Shown here piece by piece: positions 1-5,997 of a stretch of DNA of 9,034 nt. The DNA is from an archaeon (GTDB lineage: Archaea > Iainarchaeota > Iainarchaeia > Iainarchaeales > CSSED10-239). The notes under the pieces are model-generated. The model had not been told where the DNA came from. It saw only the letters and a list, made by a program, of their open reading frames with translations, and searched no databases. The number at the start of each line of letters is the position of its first letter. Position 1 is the stretch's first letter. The position numbers and the translations under genes are program-made. The stretch lies in NCBI GenBank assembly GCA_037147375.1, contig JBAWVI010000037.1:1-9034 (forward strand). Direction: 5' to 3'.

Positions 1-559
1 AAGCTTGTATAATTTCTTTTTTTTTCAAACTTCCATTTTTAAAATTATCAAGCATTTTTAACATATCTTTATCTGAAGGGGTAGCAATATGATATTCTGG
101 TCTTGTCATTAGGTTTATTGCTTCTTCAGAAATATTCTGTTTTTTATTTGAAGTTAATGTTTCTTTAATTCTTTCAAATACATTCTGATTATGCACATCA
201 AAATCTACAGATTCTCCTTTATAATAATCCCTTGTTGGGGATTTAGGAATATATGTTATATTTTCAAATTTTGGTAATTCATTATATTCTGCATTAGTAT
301 AAAACATAATTTTTGATTTTTCATGTGCTACTTTTAGAAATCTTGCAACTTCATCTTCACTTGCAAAGTCACTTCTTACATCTGATATTACTAAATCAAC
401 ATGCCTATTTTTTAAAAATTCTTGTCCATCTTTTGGATTTGTTACTGTAATTAAATCAATTCCAAATTTATCTAGTAAACCACTTTTTTTTAATCTAATC
501 TTAAATAACAGACTATCGTTTTCGTTGTCTTCTAAGTGTAAAATTGTTTTTCTTTCCAT
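1..559 (-). CDS. Receiver (REC, CheY-like) domain protein, paralog A. The N-terminal 186 codons are in the window and the 3' end runs off the left edge.
   Basis: Hand translation of the minus strand from ATG (complement of 557-559) down to position 2 gives 186 codons with no stop: MERKTILHLEDNENDSLLFKIRLKKSGLLDKFGIDLITVTNPKDGQEFLKNRHVDLVISDV...TRPEYHIATPSDKDMLKMLDNFKNGSLKKKEIIQA. It is co-linear with ORF 576..1352 at a constant offset of 793 nt with no indels, and 142/186 aa are identical by hand count. It is absent from the ORF track, presumably because it is open at the edge. A GGGA RBS-like element lies ~7 nt upstream. Confidence 0.85.
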   Translation of the reverse strand, partial: MERKTILHLEDNENDSLLFKIRLKKSGLLDKFGIDLITVTNPKDGQEFLKNRHVDLVISDVRSDFASEDEVARFLKVAHEKSKIMFYTNAEYNELPKFENITYIPKSPTRDYYKGESVDFDVHNQNVFERIKETLTSNKKQNISEEAINLMTRPEYHIATPSDKDMLKMLDNFKNGSLKKKEIIQA

Positions 560-575
560 TATAAATCCCATTTTA

Positions 576-1352
576 TTATTTAATATTTTTAAATTTAGGT
601 GTTTCTCTTATTTTTGTTTCTTTTTGCTTAGCTGGTTTAATTGCTTTAAATGCAAATGCATCTTGTTTTTTAAATTCTTTAAGTTTATTTACAATATCTG
701 TATATTTATCCATTATATCATTCATGTGTTTTTGGGAATGGTTTCCTAATTTAATTGATTGCAATTCATTTCTTAATTCTTTAAATTCAAGTAAAGCTTG
801 TATAATTTCTTTTTTTTTCAAACTTCCATTTTTAAAATTATCAAGCATCTTTGATATTTCTTTATCAAATGGGGTTGCTACATGATATTCTGGTCTTGTC
901 ATTTTAGTTATTGCTTCATCAGAGATCTTCTGTTTTTTATTTGAAGTTAGTGTTTCTTCAATTTTATTAAAAACATTTTTATTATGTATTGTTGAATCTA
1001 CTGAATCTCCTTTATAATAATCTTTAGATGGATATTTTGGAATATAGGTTATATTTTCAAATTTTGGTAATTCATCATAAGTTGCATTAGTATAAAACAT
1101 AATTTTTGATTTTTCATGTGCAACTTTTAAAAATTTTGCAACTTCATCTTCACTTGCAAAATTATTTTTAACATCAGATATAACTAGATCAATATTTTTA
1201 TTATTTAAGTGTTTAATAGCATCTTTTGGATTTTCAACTGTAATTAAATCAATTCCAAATTTTTTTAATAAATTGCTATTTTTTAATCTAGCTTTAAATA
1301 ACATTACATCATCAGGGTTATCTTCCAAGTGTAAGATTGTTTTTTTTTCCAT
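576..1352 (-). CDS. Receiver (REC, CheY-like) domain protein with an uncharacterised Lys-rich helical C-terminal region, paralog B.
   Basis: The N-terminal ~110 aa carry the receiver residue pattern: E10-D11 (ILHLEDNPDD), D60 (DLVISD, phospho-acceptor position), T88 (MFYTNA) and K106 (YIPKYP). The spacing is close to CheY D12/D13-D57-T87-K109. Residues ~120-258 match no output domain I recognise (no obvious HTH). GGAAAGGA lies upstream of the ATG. Confidence 0.8.
   Translation of the reverse strand: MEKKTILHLEDNPDDVMLFKARLKNSNLLKKFGIDLITVENPKDAIKHLNNKNIDLVISDVKNNFASEDEVAKFLKVAHEKSKIMFYTNATYDELPKFENITYIPKYPSKDYYKGDSVDSTIHNKNVFNKIEETLTSNKKQKISDEAITKMTRPEYHVATPFDKEISKMLDNFKNGSLKKKEIIQALLEFKELRNELQSIKLGNHSQKHMNDIMDKYTDIVNKLKEFKKQDAFAFKAIKPAKQKETKIRETPKFKNIK
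794..848. repeat. 55-nt block perfectly identical to window positions 1-55, lying within the REC tandem duplication (1-559 corresponds to 794-1352).
   Basis: A base-by-base comparison shows 1-55 equals 794-848 (aagcttgtataatttctttttttttcaaacttccatttttaaaattatcaagcat). The first mismatch is at 56/849. The rest of the duplicated 559 nt is roughly 80% identical by eye, with shorter perfect patches. Confidence 0.9.
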
Positions 1353-1405
1353 ATGTAATCCTTTCCAATAATTAAATTAATAATTGTTTTTAGTAAATAT
1401 ATTGC

Positions 1406-1462
1406 AATAAGATAAATATATAAATCGTACTATCTTATTATATTATAATTATAGGGGCTTGA
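1406..1462 (+). promoter_or_regulatory. Control region of AI-2E paralog 1, shared with the divergent REC gene. It contains a perfect 9-bp inverted repeat, a TATA-like/-10-like AT box and a conserved leader with an AGGGG RBS.
   Basis: AATAAGATA (1406-1414) and TATCTTATT (1431-1439) are exact reverse complements, separated by the 16-nt spacer aatatataaatcgtac. The modules aataagat-(N)-tatataaa(a)tcgtac and tataggggcttga (1450-1462) recur in front of paralog 2 at 2542-2567 and 2584-2596, although the surrounding intergenic DNA has diverged. Confidence 0.55.
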
Positions 1463-1466
1463 ATAA

Positions 1467-2462
1467 ATGGATTCTAAACAATTTAATAAATATTTAGCAA
1501 TTACAATTGTAATAATTTTATGTATAGTATTTATTTATAATTTATTACCTTACTTAAATGCATTTTTCGGAGCATTAATCTTATTTTTCTTATTTTACCC
1601 ATTATATAAGTGGTTCACACATAAACTAAAGTTAGGCAAAGTACTATCCGCAATAATTATAATTGCGATTACTTTATTAATAATCATAATTCCTTTAATT
1701 TTTATTATAAATTCTGCAAATAATGAAATAGCCTATGTAACAACAAATTATGATAAAGTTTTATCAAAGATAAGTGTTATTGATGCTAAATATCCTGCAT
1801 TCCACATAAAAGATACTATTAGTAAAAATTTACCATCTATTTTTACTTATGGTGGGAATTTATTAATTAACCAAATTAATAGTATTATAAAGATTATAAT
1901 TATTTTATTTATAATGTATTGTATATTATATTATCTTTTTATATATCATGAAAAAGTGGATAGTTGGATTAAAAAATTTCTTCCATTTAATAAAGCAAAT
2001 TCAGAAAAATTAGTTAGTAATTTTAGAAAAGTAACAATGGCGGTTTTAATTTCAACAGGCCTAATTTCATTAATTCAAGGTGTACTTCTAGGATTAGTAT
2101 TTTTCGCGTTTGGAATAAAGGGTGCAATTCTCTGGGGAATACTAGCATTTATTGTTTCTTTGCTTCCGGTAGTTGGTTTACCTTTAATCTATATTCCGTT
2201 TTCAATAGTATATCTTGCAAACCAAAATTATTATGTTGCTTTTGGAATATTAATTTGTGGTGCATTAATTAACTTATCTGAATATTTTATAAGACCTATA
2301 TTACAAAAACGTATTGGAGATATTCATCCATTAATAACAATTATAGGTGTAATTATTGGTATTGCTGCATTTGGGTTTATTGGTCTAATTATTGGTCCTT
2401 TACTTATTACATATTTATTATTAACCTATGAAATGTTTATGGAAGAGTATGTAAAAAAATAA
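1467..2462 (+). CDS. AI-2E family transporter / UPF0118 (PerM-TqsA-like) permease, paralog 1.
   Basis: This is a 331-aa polytopic membrane protein. It has an LP-x-x-G segment (SLLPVVGLPLIYIP) resembling the family IP-x-(I/V)-G motif, and a C-terminal Gly/Pro-rich helix GDIHPL...GFIGLIIGPLL typical of PF01594 as I recall the family. The start is supported by the conserved leader and by alignment with paralog 2. Confidence 0.75.
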   Translation: MDSKQFNKYLAITIVIILCIVFIYNLLPYLNAFFGALILFFLFYPLYKWFTHKLKLGKVLSAIIIIAITLLIIIIPLIFIINSANNEIAYVTTNYDKVLSKISVIDAKYPAFHIKDTISKNLPSIFTYGGNLLINQINSIIKIIIILFIMYCILYYLFIYHEKVDSWIKKFLPFNKANSEKLVSNFRKVTMAVLISTGLISLIQGVLLGLVFFAFGIKGAILWGILAFIVSLLPVVGLPLIYIPFSIVYLANQNYYVAFGILICGALINLSEYFIRPILQKRIGDIHPLITIIGVIIGIAAFGFIGLIIGPLLITYLLLTYEMFMEEYVKK

Positions 2463-2541
2463 AAATTAGCTACTTTCTTCAAATCATACAATAAGATAAT
2501 ATATTCACAAAAATTAATTATCATTTATTATATCTTTATTC

Positions 2542-2596
2542 AATAAGATGTATATATAAAATCGTACAAGTATATATTAGTTATATAGGGGCTTGA
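2542..2596 (+). promoter_or_regulatory. Control region of AI-2E paralog 2, a conserved copy of the promoter/leader module.
   Basis: aataagatgtatatataaaatcgtac (2542-2567) and tataggggcttga (2584-2596) match the copy-1 module. Extra copies of the AATAAGAT word lie at 2490-2498 (direct) and 2531-2540 (inverted, with a 1-nt bulge: tatctttatt). Confidence 0.5.
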
Positions 2597-2599
2597 TAA

Positions 2600-3595
2600 A
2601 TGGAGTATAAACTATTTAATAGATATTTTGCAATAACTATTGTAATTATCTTATTTATTGTGTTCTTCTATTATTTATTACCTTATATAAATGCATTTTT
2701 TGGAGCACTAATTTTATTTTTCTTATTTTACCCTTTATATAAATTATTAACTACCAAACTTAAATTTGGAAAAGTTATTTCTGCAATAATTATAATAATA
2801 ATAACTTTAATTATAGTTATTGTACCAACTATATTTGTTATAAAATCAGCAACTAATGAAATTAACAATATAATAAGTAATTCAGATGAAATCTTAGCAA
2901 AAATAAGTGTTGTTGACGCAAAGTATCCAGCATTTCATATAACTGATACAATAAATAAAAATTTACCTGAAATTTTATCTTTTGGTACAGACTTATTAGT
3001 AAATCAAATTAATACAATAATACAAATTATAATTATTCTATTTATTATGTATTGTTTATTATATTATCTTTTTCTATATCATGATGTTGTTGAAAAAAGA
3101 ATTAAAAAATTTCTTCCATTTAATAAAGCTAACTCAGATAAACTAGTTAGTCATTTTAGGAAGGTTACAATGGCAGTTTTAATTTCATCAGGTTTAGTTG
3201 GACTTATTCAAGGTTCATTACTTGGTTTAATGCTTTTCATATTTGGTGTAAAAGGTGCTATTTTATGGGGTATATTAGGATTTATTGTTTCAATACTACC
3301 AATTCTAGATCTTGGTATTATCTATATTTCGATTGCAATTGTGTACTTTATTAATCAAAATTATTTTGTTGCTTTTGGGATATTAATCTGTGGTATAATA
3401 ATTGGTTTGTCAGATTATTTTTTAAGACCTAGATTTCACAAAAAATTTGGGGATATTCATCCTCTTGTTTCAATAATTGGTGTAATTGTTGGAATTGCAA
3501 CATTTGGATTTATTGGTTTAATAATAGGTCCTTTATTAATAACTTATTTATTACTTACATATAAAATGTTTATGAAAGAATACGTTAAAAAATAA
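2600..3595 (+). CDS. AI-2E family transporter / UPF0118 permease, paralog 2.
   Basis: It is 331 aa and co-linear with paralog 1 without indels; 242/331 residues are identical by hand count (~73%). It has the same C-terminal GFIGLIIGPLLITYLLLTY segment. The LP-x-x-G segment is altered to SILPILDLGIIYIS. Confidence 0.75.
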   Translation: MEYKLFNRYFAITIVIILFIVFFYYLLPYINAFFGALILFFLFYPLYKLLTTKLKFGKVISAIIIIIITLIIVIVPTIFVIKSATNEINNIISNSDEILAKISVVDAKYPAFHITDTINKNLPEILSFGTDLLVNQINTIIQIIIILFIMYCLLYYLFLYHDVVEKRIKKFLPFNKANSDKLVSHFRKVTMAVLISSGLVGLIQGSLLGLMLFIFGVKGAILWGILGFIVSILPILDLGIIYISIAIVYFINQNYFVAFGILICGIIIGLSDYFLRPRFHKKFGDIHPLVSIIGVIVGIATFGFIGLIIGPLLITYLLLTYKMFMKEYVKK

Positions 3596-3608
3596 AAGAG
3601 GTATAATT

Positions 3609-3803
3609 ATGGGTAAACAAGAAAATAAGAATGTAAATGTACAGATTGCTGGTAGAATTGGAGCTTCATTAGTTGCACTTGTTGCAATCAATCTAATTTT
3701 TGCAAAAGATTATGCGTGGGTATCAATCTTTATTGTATTAATTATGGTTATCTTTGGAATAATTTTAGCTAGTTTTGAAAATAAGAAAAAAAAAGAAAAA
3801 TGA
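3609..3803 (+). CDS. Small (64 aa) two-helix membrane protein, hypothetical.
   Basis: A good RBS (AAGAGGT) lies 8 nt upstream of the ATG, and the gene starts 13 nt after the stop of AI-2E paralog 2. It has two hydrophobic stretches (IGASLVALVAINLIF and WVSIFIVLIMVIFGIILA) and a Lys-rich tail. I recognise no family. Confidence 0.55.
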   Translation: MGKQENKNVNVQIAGRIGASLVALVAINLIFAKDYAWVSIFIVLIMVIFGIILASFENKKKKEK

Positions 3804-3830
3804 AATGCCTAAAATTACATTGTAGGCATT
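3804..3830. terminator. Hairpin between convergent genes, likely an intrinsic terminator. It is stronger for the minus-strand transcript.
   Basis: The stem is aatgccta (3804-3811) pairing with taggcatt (3823-3830): 8 bp with 3 GC pairs and an 11-nt loop. On the minus strand it is followed by TCATTTTTCTTTTTTTTTCTTAT. On the plus strand the tail (ctatctttcc) is weaker. The loop and 3' arm overlap the last codons and stop of ORF 3815..4333. Confidence 0.5.
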
Positions 3831-4333
3831 CTATCTTTCCAAGCTACCATTCCAATAACTATAAAGTGAGCTATTAAGGCTAATATACCTAATATTGGAA
3901 TAATACCAAGTATTGGTAATAAACTTAACCATCCTGGATAGTTTCTAAGTTTATATATTTGCCATAACCATATTATACTCATTATAGCAACAAATAGTGC
4001 TGCAAGTACATAGATAATCATTCCAATTATTGGTATTATTACTAAAAATGATCCAATTATTGGAATTATCATTATGAAACCCCATTTCCAATCCTTTTTA
4101 GCTAATATTGGAAGCAAGAAATAATTTGCTATAGGTATCCATGCAATCCATGCATTTTGATAACCAAGTTTTTTTGCAATTGATTGCCAAGCAAGTGCAG
4201 AATAGATGTAGAATGCAAGCATAATTATTAAAAGAAAAACAAATAAACCTGCAAATATTGCAGCATATGCACCCAATGGATTAAGGTTTCCCATAAGTCC
4301 ACTTGATACTGCTAGTGTTGTTAAATCAAACAT
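3815..4333 (-). CDS. Small polytopic membrane protein, DUF5684-like, paralog 1.
   Basis: A strong RBS (GGAGG, complement of 4341-4345) lies 7 nt upstream of the ATG. The core AWQSIAKKLGYQNAWIAWIPIANYFLLPILAKKDWKWG matches, from memory, the pattern of DUF5684-type proteins: W..(F/I).K.G...W.A.IP..N......(A/G)(K/R)..W.W. A second hydrophobic module following YPGWLSLLP is also present. Confidence 0.6.
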   Translation of the reverse strand: MFDLTTLAVSSGLMGNLNPLGAYAAIFAGLFVFLLIIMLAFYIYSALAWQSIAKKLGYQNAWIAWIPIANYFLLPILAKKDWKWGFIMIIPIIGSFLVIIPIIGMIIYVLAALFVAIMSIIWLWQIYKLRNYPGWLSLLPILGIIPILGILALIAHFIVIGMVAWKDRMPTM

Positions 4334-4376
4334 TTATATTCCTCCTTTTTTTTAAATTTATTAAATAAATAAAATT

Positions 4377-4402
4377 ATAGAAAGAAAATTACTTCTTTCT
4401 AT
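4377..4402 (-). other. AT-rich hairpin overlapping the stop codon of ORF 4389..4913. It is a possible weak attenuator or RNA-processing structure between the two paralogs.
   Basis: atagaaagaa (4377-4386) is the exact reverse complement of ttctttctat (4393-4402). The 6-nt loop aattac contains the TAA stop (complement of 4389-4391). The stem has only 2 GC pairs, so its stability is low. Confidence 0.3.
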
Positions 4403-4913
4403 CTGACCATGCAACAAAACCAATTATAACAAAATGTGCAATAATTGCAATTATGTTAATAATAGGTATAAAAAAGAATGCAGGTGTTAAACTTAACCAT
4501 CCTGGATACTTTCTCTTCTCATATATATCCCATGTCCAAATAATTACCATAAGGATAATAAATATTATTGCAAGCCAATAAAGTATCATTCCAATTATAG
4601 GCATTAACAAGAAAGGTAATAACACAAAAGGTAAGAAAATAATCAAACCCCATGTCCATTTCTTTTTAGCTAATATTGGAAGTAAGAAAAAGTTTGCAAT
4701 AGGTATCCATGCAAGCCATGCATACTTATATTTTAATTTTCTTGCAATTGATTGCCAAGCAAGTGATTGATAAATATATATAGCAATTCCAAGTAAAATA
4801 AAAACAGTAAGCATGATAATAAACGCTACTCCTAATAATCCAGCTATTCCAGCCATATCTCCCATACTAAGGTTAGGTTCTGACATCATAGCAAGAGTTG
4901 TAAGTGATAACAT
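4389..4913 (-). CDS. Small polytopic membrane protein, DUF5684-like, paralog 2.
   Basis: An RBS (AGAGGGGG, complement of 4921-4928) lies 7 nt upstream. It has the same core as paralog 1 (LAWQSIARKLKYKYAWLAWIPIANFFLLPILAKKKWTWG and YPGWLSLTP). About 60% of residues are identical over the C-terminal ~120 aa by hand count, with weaker identity at the N terminus. Both share an N-terminal LTTLA. Confidence 0.6.
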   Translation of the reverse strand: MLSLTTLAMMSEPNLSMGDMAGIAGLLGVAFIIMLTVFILLGIAIYIYQSLAWQSIARKLKYKYAWLAWIPIANFFLLPILAKKKWTWGLIIFLPFVLLPFLLMPIIGMILYWLAIIFIILMVIIWTWDIYEKRKYPGWLSLTPAFFFIPIINIIAIIAHFVIIGFVAWSDRKK

Positions 4914-5028
4914 ATTTTTGCCCCCTCTTAAAATATATTAATAAATTTAGATATATTATAGATGGTTTATATTTAAATAGATTATGCTACTATATTATAT
5001 ATCATTTTTTGAATAATTAAGGGAAGCT

Positions 5029-5973
5029 ATGATAGAATATTTAAAAACAACTTCTGATGGTTTAAAACAATTTAAAAAACCAATTAAAAATACTTGGATT
5101 AATCTAGTTAATCCTGATGATAAGGAAATAATACTTTTATCAAAGATAATTGGAATAAAAGAAGATGATTTTGATGATTTTAAAAATGATATTCAATCTC
5201 TTTCTGACAAAGAAGAAATTCCTATGTATGAAAAGAAAGATAATGGAAACTTATTTTCAATTATTAGAACTCCCCAAGAATCAACAGGAACAAGTGGGCA
5301 AGATTACATAACAATTCCATTAGGTATTATTTACTCAAAAAAATATGTAGCTACAATTTGTTATTCTAAAAACACAGTTATTGAAAGAATGAAATTAAAA
5401 AAATTTAATTTTAATGAAATTTATTTTATATTGCGTTTAATGCTTGCGTCTTCAAGATCCTATTTATTTTTCTTAAAAGAAATAGATAGAAGATTAAAAA
5501 AACTAGAGCATAAGCTAGAAGAAAGCCAAAGAAACACAGAAATGGTTGATCTTTTAGATATACAAAAATCATTAGTTTATTTTAATACCTCTTTAATTAA
5601 CAATCATATTTTATTTGAAAGAATATCTAGATCTAAAATATTCACTGCAAAAGAAGATAATGAAGACATCATAGATGATTTACTTGATGAAAATAAGCAA
5701 GCAATTCAAACAACTCAGATATATTCTGATAACCTAACTCATACTTTAACTGTAATTTCTTCAATGATTTCAAACAATTTAAATAGGATTGTTAAATTTC
5801 TAACATCAATGTCAATTATTGTTGCAATTCCAACATTAATTGCAAGTATATATGGTATGAATGTAGGTTTGCCTTTTCAAGATAGTAAGATTGCATTTTG
5901 GATAGTATTATCTATGTCTATCTTATTTTCTACAATAATTGGAATATTCCTTTGGAGAAAAAAATTATTTTAA
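5029..5973 (+). CDS. corA: CorA-family Mg2+/Co2+ transporter.
   Basis: It is 314 aa with a large soluble N-terminal domain and two C-terminal TM helices. The signature Y-G-M-N (residues 275-278, nt 5851-5862) sits at the end of the first TM helix (IASIYGMNVGLPFQ). Confidence 0.9.
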   Translation: MIEYLKTTSDGLKQFKKPIKNTWINLVNPDDKEIILLSKIIGIKEDDFDDFKNDIQSLSDKEEIPMYEKKDNGNLFSIIRTPQESTGTSGQDYITIPLGIIYSKKYVATICYSKNTVIERMKLKKFNFNEIYFILRLMLASSRSYLFFLKEIDRRLKKLEHKLEESQRNTEMVDLLDIQKSLVYFNTSLINNHILFERISRSKIFTAKEDNEDIIDDLLDENKQAIQTTQIYSDNLTHTLTVISSMISNNLNRIVKFLTSMSIIVAIPTLIASIYGMNVGLPFQDSKIAFWIVLSMSILFSTIIGIFLWRKKLF

Positions 5974-5997
5974 TAAATTATAAATTAATGATATAGT

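Noticed and set aside
17-25. A9/T9 homopolymer runs inside coding regions (17-25, 810-818, 1340-1348, 3786-3794) considered as possible slipped-strand phase-variation switches.
   Set aside because: Each run simply encodes Lys-Lys-Lys in a Lys-rich protein of a very AT-rich genome. Both REC paralogs keep the same tract length in frame. There is no evidence of length heterogeneity in a single sequence.
525-749. A 74-aa plus-strand ORF from the track.
   Set aside because: It lies antisense across the junction of the two REC genes. Its sequence is low-complexity and Phe/Ile/Cys-rich, as expected from reading Lys/Glu-rich coding DNA backwards. It has no RBS. The minus-strand genes have clear domain signatures.
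1444-1449. A perfect TATAAT hexamer considered as a sigma70 -10 box for AI-2E paralog 1, with TTGCAA at 1402-1407 as a -35 box.
   Set aside because: The spacing between the two hexamers is wrong (36 nt). Neither hexamer is conserved at the equivalent position upstream of paralog 2. TATAAT-like words are ubiquitous at this base composition, so they cannot be called individually.
4914-5028. A possible Mg2+ riboswitch (M-box) or other leader upstream of corA. The word TAGAT is also repeated three times (4948, 4959, 4978).
   Set aside because: The whole divergent intergenic region is only 115 nt. It is extremely AT-rich and has no extended pairing potential, so it is too short for an M-box. Three copies of a 5-mer at irregular spacing (11 and 19 nt) are expected by chance at this composition.
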